This document shows, piece by piece, positions 43,310 through 51,814 of a DNA stretch of 64,000 bases; position 1 is the first letter of the stretch, and the number at the start of each line of letters is the position of its first letter. Source of the stretch: Rhabdothermincola salaria (GTDB lineage Bacteria; Actinomycetota; Acidimicrobiia; Acidimicrobiales; Acidimicrobilacustridaceae); contig NZ_JAJQXW010000001.1 of assembly GCF_021246445.1 (NCBI RefSeq), positions 1,382,168 through 1,446,167 of the forward strand, read 5' to 3'. Under the pieces are notes generated by a model. It did no database searches. It was not told where the DNA came from and saw nothing but the letters and a program-made list of their open reading frames with translations. The position numbers were made by a program, and so were the translations under genes.

Positions 43310-44869
43310 TCACGCGGACGCCGAGTCGGCGACGGGCCCACCGGGCGCATGCATGATGCGGACGATGTCGGCCTGGTCGGCCGGGCTCGGGAGGCCCCAG
43401 CCGACCGGGTAGCCCACCACCTCACGCAGCGAGACGGCCCGCCACCGGTCCTCGAGCAGCTCGAGCTGGTCGGCGGTGACCAGGCCCGGGTGGGCCACAC
43501 CGCAGGCCCGGGCGAGACGCACCAGCTCGAAGCGCAACGAAGCCAGGTACAGCGCGCTGCGCACCGACTTGAGCTCGGGGTCGAGCCCTCGCTGCAACCA
43601 GCGCGACTGGGTGGCCACGCCGGTCGGGCAGCGGTCGGTGTGGCAGCGCTGGGCCTGGATGCAGCCGACCGAGAACATGGCGGTGCGCCCGACGTTGACC
43701 ATGTCGCATCCGAGGGCCATCGCTGCCAGGGCGTTCTCGGGCAGACCGAGCTTCCCCGAACCGACGAAGACGATGTCGTCGGCGAGGCCCCGCTCGGCGA
43801 AGGTCCGGTAGACCCGGGCGAAGGCCCAGCGGAACGGCAACGAGACGTGGTCGCTGAAGGTCAGCGGCGCCGCGCCGGTGCCGCCTTCGCCGCCGTCGAC
43901 GACGACGAAGTCGGGGCCGGTACCGGTGCGATCCATGCGCAGGGCCAGGTCCTCCCAGAAGCCGCGTTCGCCCACCGCCGACTTGATGCCCACCGGCAGT
44001 CCCGTCGCCTCGGCGATGCGTTCCACGAACTCGAGCAGGCCGTCGACGTCGGCGAACGCACTGTGCCCGGCCGGGCTCTTGCAGTCGACCCCGACCGGGA
44101 TGCCACGGATCTCGGCGATCTCCGGGGTGACCTTCGCCCCCGGCAGCATGCCGCCGAGGCCGGGCTTGGCGCCCTGGCTCAACTTGATCTCGATGGCCCG
44201 CACGGGGGCGGCGGCGGTGCGCTCGACGAGTCGTTCCAGGCTGAACGCCCCCTCCGGGTCACGACACCCGAAGTAGCCGGTGCCGACCTGCCAGACCAGG
44301 TCGCCGCCGTTGAGGTGGTACGGCGAGATGCCACCCTCTCCCGTCGTGTGCAGCGCGTGCGCCATCGCCGCGCCCCGGTTGAGCGCCTCGATCGCCCGAG
44401 CGCTGAGCGAACCGAAGCTCATCGCCGAGATGTTGGCCACCGACGACGGACGGAAGGCCTGACGCCGCCCGTGGGAGGCCCCGAGGACCTTGGCGCACGG
44501 CAACAGCCGATCGGGGCTCGGATGGGTGGGTTCGTCGGGTGGACCCGCCACGGGGAAGGCGACGTGCTTCACCACCAGGTAGTTGTGAGCCCGATCGAGG
44601 TCGTTGTCGGTCCCGAAGCCGAAGTAGGCGTTCTCGCCCTTCGCCGACGTGTAGACCCAGCGTCGCTGATCTCGGCTGAACGGCCGCTCCTGGTCGTTGT
44701 CGGTGACGATGTACTGGCGGACCTCCGGACCGATCCCCTCGAGGATGAAGCGGAGGTGACCGATGACGGGGAAGTTGCGCAGGATGGCGTGGCGCCGCTG
44801 GATGAGGTCGTGGAGGGCCACCACGGCGAGGAGCCCCACCACCACCCCGACCGCCACGAGCCATCCCAT
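43310..44869 (-). CDS. FMN-binding glutamate synthase family protein
   Basis: SAMSFG, TGEGG, EIKLSQGAKPG, DGGEGGTGAAP, CIQAQRCHTDRCPTG. Confidence 0.93.
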   Translation of the reverse strand: MGWLVAVGVVVGLLAVVALHDLIQRRHAILRNFPVIGHLRFILEGIGPEVRQYIVTDNDQERPFSRDQRRWVYTSAKGENAYFGFGTDNDLDRAHNYLVVKHVAFPVAGPPDEPTHPSPDRLLPCAKVLGASHGRRQAFRPSSVANISAMSFGSLSARAIEALNRGAAMAHALHTTGEGGISPYHLNGGDLVWQVGTGYFGCRDPEGAFSLERLVERTAAAPVRAIEIKLSQGAKPGLGGMLPGAKVTPEIAEIRGIPVGVDCKSPAGHSAFADVDGLLEFVERIAEATGLPVGIKSAVGERGFWEDLALRMDRTGTGPDFVVVDGGEGGTGAAPLTFSDHVSLPFRWAFARVYRTFAERGLADDIVFVGSGKLGLPENALAAMALGCDMVNVGRTAMFSVGCIQAQRCHTDRCPTGVATQSRWLQRGLDPELKSVRSALYLASLRFELVRLARACGVAHPGLVTADQLELLEDRWRAVSLREVVGYPVGWGLPSPADQADIVRIMHAPGGPVADSASA

Positions 44870-44951
44870 GGGGCTGAGCCTACGGAACCGGGCCGGCCCC
44901 GGAACCGGCCGTCGGACCCGAGCCCACCCGCCGAGGGGCCCTGAAGTCGGG

Positions 44952-45584
44952 CTACATCAGCCCGACGACGAGCAGGGCCTGGCCGAGGTGGTAGGTGACC
45001 ATCACCACCACCCGGCTGTGGCGGAACGACGACACGAAGCGGGTCCAGCCCAGGACCGCGTCGCTGACGTAGAACGAGACGGCACCGAGGACCACCAGCC
45101 AGAGGCCGGTGCCGGCGGCGGTGGCCACCATGATCGAGATCACCGCCAGGTAGAGGGCGACGGGCCCCACCAGGGCAGGGTCGGCGGCCTTGGCCCCACG
45201 CAGGACGCGCCCACCCACCACCGCGACGGCCAGTCCGACGGCGACGAGGCCGAACGGGAGGCCGGCGCCCGAGGCCCCCAGGAGCACCATGGCCACGATG
45301 TAGGCGACGTGCGCGGCGAGGAAGGACGCCAGCCCGGGCACGAAGAGGTCCCGGGGCAGCATCAAGAACACGTCGCCGGCGAGGGAGAGCACCAGGGCGA
45401 CGACGACGGCCACCCGCACCGCGTCGTCCGAGGCGTCGAGGGTGAGCGCCGTCACCACGAGGCCCACCATGACCAAGGGCTTGAGGGCGTACTCGGCCGC
45501 ACGGCGCCCCGTGCCGACCGCCAACCAATCGAGGACGGCCACGACCGCGGTCAACGACAGCACGACGACCGCAGGCGCGTTCAC
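44952..45584 (-). CDS. YhhN/TMEM86 lysoplasmalogenase family membrane protein
   Basis: LKP, SLAGDVFLM, GLASFLAAHVAY, FYVSD, TYHLGQ. Confidence 0.9.
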   Translation of the reverse strand: MNAPAVVVLSLTAVVAVLDWLAVGTGRRAAEYALKPLVMVGLVVTALTLDASDDAVRVAVVVALVLSLAGDVFLMLPRDLFVPGLASFLAAHVAYIVAMVLLGASGAGLPFGLVAVGLAVAVVGGRVLRGAKAADPALVGPVALYLAVISIMVATAAGTGLWLVVLGAVSFYVSDAVLGWTRFVSSFRHSRVVVMVTYHLGQALLVVGLM

Positions 45585-45590
45585 GGGGAC

Positions 45591-46091
45591 CTAGGGGGAG
45601 TCGAGGCGGGGCAGGACGAGGGCGAGGCTGTCCGGGCAGGCCGGCTTGTCGGCCAGCCAGTCGCGCAGCTGGGTGATGGGCACCCAGACGGCGTCGACGA
45701 TCTCGCCGTCGTCGAAGCTGAAGGGCCCGGGGGTGCGGGCGTGGTAGATGCGCGCCAGCACGCGGACCTCGTCGTCGTCGTAGCGGTCCTCGCCCAGGTA
45801 GCCGAGCTCGGCGACCGCGCCGGTCTCCTCGACCATCTCGCGCGCCGCGGCCGCCTCCCACGCCTCGCCCGGGTCCACGACGCCACCGACGGCGACGTCC
45901 CAGCGGTCGGGCCACACGTCCTTCCACGACGCCCGCTTGTGCACGAGGATCTCGTCGGCGTCGTTGACCACCGCCACGAGGACGCTGCGGTGGCGCAGGT
46001 TGCGCTCGCGCATCTCCCGGCGCGAGACGGTGTCGATGACGGCACCGTCGTCGTCGAGGACCTCGACCATCTCCTCGTCGGCGCTGTCCAT
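45591..46091 (-). CDS. NUDIX hydrolase (Idi/YfcD-like)
   Basis: GGVVDPGEAWEAAAAREMVEETG Nudix box. Confidence 0.92.
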   Translation of the reverse strand: MDSADEEMVEVLDDDGAVIDTVSRREMRERNLRHRSVLVAVVNDADEILVHKRASWKDVWPDRWDVAVGGVVDPGEAWEAAAAREMVEETGAVAELGYLGEDRYDDDEVRVLARIYHARTPGPFSFDDGEIVDAVWVPITQLRDWLADKPACPDSLALVLPRLDSP

Positions 46092-47323
46092 CAGAGCTCG
46101 GCCGCTCGGGCCAGGGCGGCATCCCAACCGGCGTCGTCCTCGAGCAACGCCCGCAGCTGGATGACGTGGCGGGGTCGGTTCATGCCGAGGACCCCGACCA
46201 GGCGGTCGTCGCGGCGGTAGAGGGCCACGAAGCGGAACTCCTCGGTGGACCCGTGCACGACGACGACCTCGTCGTCGGGTCCGGGCCGTCCCGCCAGCTG
46301 GATCTTGCGGTCGTACTGATCGCTCCAGAACCACGGCACCGGGTCGAAGACGGCAGCTGGGTCGCCCCGCTGCTCGGCGAGGAGGCGTTCGGCGGCCGCT
46401 TCGCCACCGCGCACGGCGTGCTCCCAGTGCTCGACGCGCAGCATCTGACCGAAGCGACGGCTCGGGTAGCGGGCCAGGTCGCCGGCGGCCACGATGCCCG
46501 GGGCGGCCAGCAACGTCTCGTCGCACACCACCCCGTCGTCGAGGTCGAGACCCGACCCCTCCAGCCAGGCGGTGTTGACGCCGACCCCGATGCCGACCAC
46601 CACGACATCGGCCTCGACAGAGGTGCCGTCGGCGAGCACGACCGCGCCGACCTGCGGACCGTCCGGGCCGTCGGTGGTCTCGAGGTGGTCGACGCCGACG
46701 CCCAGACGCACGTCGACGTCGTGCTCGCGGTGCAGCTGGGCGCAGACCTCGCCCATCTGACGGCCGAGGGCTCGCTCGAGCGGGACGGGGAGGGCTTCGA
46801 GGATGGTCACGTCGAGGCCGCGGCCCCGACAGGTGGCCGCCACCTCGGCACCGATGAAGCCGGCGCCCACGACGACGACCCGACGGGCGCCGGCGTCGAG
46901 CGCGGCTCGGACGGCCACGGCGTCGTCCCAGGTGCGCAGCACGTGCACCCCACCGATGCCCTCCGTGCCGGGCAGGCGACGGGCCTCGGCCCCGGTGGCC
47001 AGCACCAACTGGTCGTAGGCGACGACGGCCGCCTCGCCCCCGGGGCGCTCGACGTGGACCACGCCGGCGTCGCGGTCGAGACGCGTGGCCCGCGTCCCCA
47101 TGTGCCAGTCGAGGTCGAGGTCCTCGGTGGCGGCGGGCAGCACGATGCGATCGAAGTCCCACTCGCCGGCCAGCACCTGCTTGGACAGCGGTGGCCGGTC
47201 GTACGGCGTGTGGTCGTGCGCGTCGATCACCGAGAGGCGACCGGTGAAACCCTGGTGGCGCAACGTGCGGGCCGCGTGCAGCCCGGCGAGCGATGCGCCG
47301 ATGACGGCGATGGAGTCTGTCAT
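46091..47323 (-). CDS. NAD(P)/FAD-dependent ferredoxin reductase
   Basis: GASLAG, YDRPPLSK, GAGFIGAE, RVEHW, PWFWSDQY. Confidence 0.93.
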   Translation of the reverse strand: MTDSIAVIGASLAGLHAARTLRHQGFTGRLSVIDAHDHTPYDRPPLSKQVLAGEWDFDRIVLPAATEDLDLDWHMGTRATRLDRDAGVVHVERPGGEAAVVAYDQLVLATGAEARRLPGTEGIGGVHVLRTWDDAVAVRAALDAGARRVVVVGAGFIGAEVAATCRGRGLDVTILEALPVPLERALGRQMGEVCAQLHREHDVDVRLGVGVDHLETTDGPDGPQVGAVVLADGTSVEADVVVVGIGVGVNTAWLEGSGLDLDDGVVCDETLLAAPGIVAAGDLARYPSRRFGQMLRVEHWEHAVRGGEAAAERLLAEQRGDPAAVFDPVPWFWSDQYDRKIQLAGRPGPDDEVVVVHGSTEEFRFVALYRRDDRLVGVLGMNRPRHVIQLRALLEDDAGWDAALARAAEL

Positions 47324-47366
47324 GGCAGCGAACACCGGCCCGCCGCCGGTGGAGAGGTCGGGAGGC

Positions 47367-47561
47367 TCAGTCCTCGGCGATGGAGATGGCCTGCTTCGGG
47401 CAGCGCTGGACGGCCTCTTCGATCTTGGGTCGCATCGACTCCGGCGGGGTCTCGTCGAGGACGTAGAGGAAGTCGTCGTCGCGCACCTCGAACACCTCGG
47501 GCGCGATGCCCATGCAGATCGCGTTGCTCTCGCACAGGTCGAAATCGACAACCACTCGCAT
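47367..47561 (-). CDS. [3Fe-4S]-type ferredoxin
   Basis: MRVVVDFDLCESNAICMGIAPEVF...CPKQAI. Confidence 0.93.
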   Translation of the reverse strand: MRVVVDFDLCESNAICMGIAPEVFEVRDDDFLYVLDETPPESMRPKIEEAVQRCPKQAISIAED

Positions 47562-47691
47562 GATGCATCCCCTCACGTTCAGACCGTTCGGCCCATCCGG
47601 CACGAGGTCCCATCATGCACCATGAGAGGCCGCCTCGTGTCCCGGTCCGGCACTCGACCCCCCGCGGATCCGCCACGGGGCTACCCCGACC

Positions 47692-47710
47692 ATCTGAGGC
47701 TGTGTCAGAT
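47692..47710. promoter_or_regulatory. Candidate operator ATCTGA-N7-TCAGAT between divergent ferredoxin and CoA-transferase genes
   Basis: Inverted repeat immediately upstream of the CoA-transferase start. Confidence 0.4.
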
Positions 47711-47718
47711 TGATGGAC

Positions 47719-48948
47719 ATGACCACCGTCGCTCCCCTCGCCGGCGTCCGCATCATCGAGGCCTCGATGCTCGGTCCCGCCGCCATCACCCAGAACCTCA
47801 CCGACCTCGGCGCCGAGGTCATCAAGGTGGAGCCGCCCAACGGCGACTACGGCCGGGAGATGACCTGGCCGATCGTGGACGGCACCTCGTTGTTGTTCCT
47901 GCACGCCAACCGGGGCAAGAAGAGCATCGTGTTGGACCTGCGCACCGACGAGGGCATCGAGGTCTTCAAGGAGCTGGCCAAGGGCGCCGACGCCGTCGTC
48001 GAGGCCATGCGTCCCGGGGCGCTGGCCCGCCGAGGCCTCGGCTACGAGGACCTCAAGGCCATCAACCCCGAGATCGTCTTCATGACCATCTCCGGCTACG
48101 GGATGACCGGTCCCTACAAGGACCTGCCCAGCCACGGCATCGCCTACGACACCTGGGCCGGCATCGTGCCGCCCGCTTACGACGAAGAGGGGTTCTGCTA
48201 CATCCCCGAGCACGTCTCGATCGGCATCAACGCCGCCCCGGTCATGGGGGCGATGGGCATCCTGGCGGGCATCATCAAGGCCCGGGCCACCGGTGAGGGC
48301 TGCCAGATGGAGATCGCCCAGGCCGACGCCGCCGCGGCCACCGATTGGCTGCGCAGCGAGACCTGGAAGGCCTACGAGCGACCCGAGGACGAGGTCACCG
48401 GCAACAAGGCCGACGACTACGAACGCCGTGCCCCCGGCACCGGAGGCATGAAGGAGGGCGTCCGCTACCAGATGTACGACACCTCCGACGGGCACATCTT
48501 GTTCATGTCGTCCGAGCAGTCCTTCTGGAAGAGCTTCTGCGAGAACGTCGGGCGCCCGGACCTGTTCGAGAAGTGGCCGGGCTCGAAGTTCGCCGACCAC
48601 GCACGCGGCAACCGCGAGCTCCAGCGCGAGCTGCGCGACATCTTCCTCACGAAGACCTCGGCGGAGTGGATGGCCTGGGCCGCCGACAACGATGCCCTCC
48701 TGGCCCCGGTCAACACCCCCCAGACCCTCGCCGACGACCCCCACTTCAAGGACCGCCTGCCGTGGCTCCCGAAGGAGACGCACGGGGCCGACATGTTGCC
48801 GAGCCCGGTCAAGGTGGTCGGAGGAGAGCTGTCCGACCCGGGCATGGCCCCCACCCTGGGCCAGCACACCGACGAGGTCCTGCGCGACGTGCTGGGCCTC
48901 GACGAGGCCCGCATCGCCTCCCTGCGCGAAGCCGGCGCCGTCCGCTGA
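47719..48948 (+). CDS. CaiB/BaiF family CoA transferase
   Basis: DLGAEVIKVEPP.GD, NRGKKSI.LDL, ISGYGMTGP, APTLGQHTDEVL. Confidence 0.93.
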   Translation: MTTVAPLAGVRIIEASMLGPAAITQNLTDLGAEVIKVEPPNGDYGREMTWPIVDGTSLLFLHANRGKKSIVLDLRTDEGIEVFKELAKGADAVVEAMRPGALARRGLGYEDLKAINPEIVFMTISGYGMTGPYKDLPSHGIAYDTWAGIVPPAYDEEGFCYIPEHVSIGINAAPVMGAMGILAGIIKARATGEGCQMEIAQADAAAATDWLRSETWKAYERPEDEVTGNKADDYERRAPGTGGMKEGVRYQMYDTSDGHILFMSSEQSFWKSFCENVGRPDLFEKWPGSKFADHARGNRELQRELRDIFLTKTSAEWMAWAADNDALLAPVNTPQTLADDPHFKDRLPWLPKETHGADMLPSPVKVVGGELSDPGMAPTLGQHTDEVLRDVLGLDEARIASLREAGAVR

Positions 48949-48960
48949 GACCCTCGCCGC

Positions 48961-48989
48961 CTGCAGACCGACCATCCGTCGGTCTACAG
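48961..48989. other. Inverted repeat (terminator or TetR-like operator)
   Basis: CTGCAGACCGAC-CATCC-GTCGGTCTACAG, one mismatch. Confidence 0.45.
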
Positions 48990-49021
48990 AGCGGACCAGG
49001 GGCGCCGCTAACGTCGAACGG

Positions 49022-50149
49022 GTGACGGCGCCTGACTCGACGAGCGAGACGACGGGCGCGGTCTCTCGCGCGCCGCTCGGCGAGCCCGGTCACGTCCCGG
49101 CGGGCGTCGGGGGCGACGACGTCTCTGCCCCGGCGGCGCGGCCGTCGGTGCTGCGCATCATCGGCCGGCTGCTCATGCTGGCCATCGCCGCCGTGGCCCT
49201 CTACGGCCTGGCCCCGCAGCTGGTCGACATGTGGGACTCCGTCCCTCGCCTCAGCCGCATCGCCCCTCTGTGGTTCGCGGTCATGTTGCTCTTGATGGCC
49301 GGGAGCTACGCATCGGTGTGGTGGCTCACCAGGGTTGCGCTCCCCCAGGTCTCGTGGTTCGTGGCCGGCACCTCTCAGCTGGTCTCCAACGCGGTGGCCA
49401 AGGCCGTGCCCGGCGGGGCGGCCATGGGGGCCGCCGCCGGCTATCGGATGCTGGCCGTGTCCGGCGTGAACAAGGGCACCGCCGGGGCGGCCCTGACCGC
49501 CACGAGCATCATCTCCAACGGTGTGCTGTTGATGCTCCCGCTGGCCGCACTGCTCATCTCGGTGATCGGTGCCCCGGTGCCGCGTGGGCTCGACCTGGTG
49601 GCCTATGGCGGCGCCGCCCTGTTCATCATGTTGTTGGTCTTCGGCTTCTTGTTGGTCAAGTACGACCGGCCGCTGCTGCTCTTCGGGCGGTCCATCGAGC
49701 GCGTCGCCGGCTTCGTGCTGCGCCGCCTCCACCGCACCGGGGGGCCCACCGCCGAGGGGTTCGTGCAACAGCGCGACCTGATGGTCGCCGGCCTGGGCGC
49801 CCGCTGGAAGAAGGCCCTGCTCGCCGCCGTCGGCAACTGGTTGCTCGACTACTTCGCTCTGGTGGCCGCCCTCATGGCGGTGGGGGTGAGCCCCCGCTTC
49901 AGCGTGGTGCTGTTGGCCTTCGGCGCCGCCGCCGTGCTCGGGATGATCCCCATCACCCCCGGCGGGCTGGGCTTCGTGGAAGCCGGCCTCACCGCCATGT
50001 TGGTCGTGGCCGGGGTGCCGTCGGACCAGGCCCTGCTCGCCACCCTGGCCTACCGCATCGTGTCGTACTGGCTGCCCCTGCCGGCCGGGCTGGTCGCCCA
50101 CCTGCTGTTCCGCCACCGCTACGGGCGCACGGAGCTCGCCCCCGCCTGA
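49022..50149 (+). CDS. Lysylphosphatidylglycerol-synthase TM domain / YbhN family flippase-like protein
   Basis: IPITPGGLGFVEAGL, ATLAYRIVSYWLP; about 8 TM segments. Confidence 0.88.
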   Translation: MTAPDSTSETTGAVSRAPLGEPGHVPAGVGGDDVSAPAARPSVLRIIGRLLMLAIAAVALYGLAPQLVDMWDSVPRLSRIAPLWFAVMLLLMAGSYASVWWLTRVALPQVSWFVAGTSQLVSNAVAKAVPGGAAMGAAAGYRMLAVSGVNKGTAGAALTATSIISNGVLLMLPLAALLISVIGAPVPRGLDLVAYGGAALFIMLLVFGFLLVKYDRPLLLFGRSIERVAGFVLRRLHRTGGPTAEGFVQQRDLMVAGLGARWKKALLAAVGNWLLDYFALVAALMAVGVSPRFSVVLLAFGAAAVLGMIPITPGGLGFVEAGLTAMLVVAGVPSDQALLATLAYRIVSYWLPLPAGLVAHLLFRHRYGRTELAPA

Positions 50150-50194
50150 CCGCAGGCACGGTCCGTCGGACCCACGCGCCCCTCGTCGAGCTCA

Positions 50195-50346
50195 CCCTCC
50201 ATCTGCCCGGCCCCGCCCGCATCGCGTCGGGCTCTCGGTGACGCGGCTCGACGACCGCCAGCCATTCGAGGCGACGGCTCGACGGCACGACGCGCGGACA
50301 ACGACCGTCCATGCATGGGATCACCTCCGTCTGGGCAGATGGAGGG
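50195..50346. repeat. 152-bp non-coding segment bounded by 14-bp perfect inverted repeats
   Basis: CCCTCCATCTGCCC at 50195-50208 and GGGCAGATGGAGGG at 50333-50346. Confidence 0.55.
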
Positions 50347-50389
50347 CACCACCCCGAACCGGGTTGCGGCGCACGCTGCACCACCGGTG

Positions 50390-50416
50390 GGAATGACGCC
50401 GGGGCCCTGGTGGTTG
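50390..50416 (+). promoter_or_regulatory. SigH/SigR-type ECF promoter GGAAT-N18-GTTG
   Basis: GGAAT at 50390-50394, GTTG at 50413-50416, exact 18-nt spacer. Confidence 0.65.
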
Positions 50417-50452
50417 TAAGGGTCACGAACCAAGGGGAGGAAAAGAGTCCCG

Positions 50453-50680
50453 ATGGACACCGCTCGACACACCACTCAAGACGCGACCGAGGCCGCCGCG
50501 AGCCGCGAGGTCGCCGGCCTGCGCAGCCGAGCCACGAGCCTGCGCCACCAGGCCGACGCACTCGACGACGTCCTGGCGGTGACCTACCGCCGGCGAGCCA
50601 GCGAGCTCGAGATGGAGGCGTGGATCCTCGAGGTCCAGTTCGGTCTCACCGTCACCGAGGCGCACCCCAGCGCCGCCTGA
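50453..50680 (+). CDS. Small hypothetical helical protein, 75 aa
   Basis: Strong RBS AAGGGGAGG, high-GC3 codons, upstream promoter; no family recognised. Confidence 0.78.
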   Translation: MDTARHTTQDATEAAASREVAGLRSRATSLRHQADALDDVLAVTYRRRASELEMEAWILEVQFGLTVTEAHPSAA

Positions 50681-50687
50681 CCCCCCA

Positions 50688-50797
50688 CCGGAGCGGATGG
50701 GCCCCACCCCCCACCGACATCTGCTCCGGGTCTGCGCCGTGGCTCCCCCTCCACGAGCGCTTGCGATGCCCGCCCCTCCCCCCGGGGCGGGCATCGT
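50688..50797 (+). ncRNA. 6C-like RNA with three C-rich-loop hairpins
   Basis: Stems 50688-50699/50718-50729 (loop contains CCCCACCCCCC), 50734-50742/50751-50760 (loop CTCCCCCT), 50763-50776/50784-50797 (loop TCCCCCC). Confidence 0.7.
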
Positions 50798-50811
50798 CGC
50801 GTCTGGCCAGC

Positions 50812-50835
50812 CGGCACGGCACGGCACGGCACGGC
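50812..50835. repeat. (CGGCA)n pentanucleotide tandem repeat, about 4.8 copies
   Basis: CGGCACGGCACGGCACGGCACGGC. Confidence 0.85.
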
Positions 50836-50927
50836 GGCTACGAGCGTGCCCACGGCCCGAGCGAGTCACCTACGATCGCTCGGGCGCGCCGACGGCCGGC
50901 GCCGCCGACCTCAGCCAGGAGCGCACC

Positions 50928-51797
50928 GTGGCATACCCCAAGGACATCCCCATCGTCGAGACCTTCGTGGGCATGCCCAGCCGGAACCGCAAGGAGGTCT
51001 ACAAGTTCCTGGCACCACACCTGCGCGACGAGGGCTCCAAGGAGATGCGGTTCCCGGCCCAGTACATGTTCAAGGACGTGCCCGGCGACCTCGACGAGAG
51101 CGTCGACCCGGTGGCCCTGCTCATCGACAACCTCGATCGCTACAACATCGAGGTGGCCATGCTCGGCCTGGGCCTCAACGACATCAACCCGGATTCGGCC
51201 CGGGCCATCGAAGAGCACCCGGACCGGTTCGTCACCTGCGTCGAGTTCGACCCCAACGACACCATGGCTGCCATCCGCAAGATCCGCGACATGGTGGAGC
51301 GCTTCCCGGTGCGAGGAGTGAGCACTTTCCCGGCCGGCTACCGGGTGCCGCTGAACGACAAGAAGATGTACCCGCTCTACGCCCTGTGCGTGGAGCTCGA
51401 CCTGCCCATCTTCGTGTGCGTCGGCATCCCGGGCCCCCGTGTGCCCTTCGCCCCCCAGCACGTCGAGCTCATCGACGAGGTCATGTACGACTTCCCTGAG
51501 CTCACCTTCGTCATGCGCCACGGAGCCCAGCCGTGGACCGAGCTGGCCATGAAGCTCATGCTCAAGTGGCCGAACCTCTACTACTCCACCTCGGCCTTCG
51601 CCCCGAAGCACTACGACAAGGTGATCATCGACTACGCCAACACCCGCGGCGCCGACAAGATCATCTACGCCGGCTACTTCCCCGCCGGGCTGTCCTACGA
51701 GCGGATCTTCAACGACATGGAGAACGTGCCCTTCAAGGACCACGTGTGGCCCAAGTTCCTCCGCGAGAACGCCCTGAAGGTCCTCAAGCTCGGTTGA
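50928..51797 (+). CDS. Amidohydrolase family protein (Amidohydro_2)
   Basis: YPLYALCVELDLPI, FPELTFVMRHG, WPNLYYSTSA; AGGAG RBS before GTG. Confidence 0.9.
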   Translation: MAYPKDIPIVETFVGMPSRNRKEVYKFLAPHLRDEGSKEMRFPAQYMFKDVPGDLDESVDPVALLIDNLDRYNIEVAMLGLGLNDINPDSARAIEEHPDRFVTCVEFDPNDTMAAIRKIRDMVERFPVRGVSTFPAGYRVPLNDKKMYPLYALCVELDLPIFVCVGIPGPRVPFAPQHVELIDEVMYDFPELTFVMRHGAQPWTELAMKLMLKWPNLYYSTSAFAPKHYDKVIIDYANTRGADKIIYAGYFPAGLSYERIFNDMENVPFKDHVWPKFLRENALKVLKLG

Positions 51798-51814
51798 GCC
51801 GGGGGCTCGGCAGC

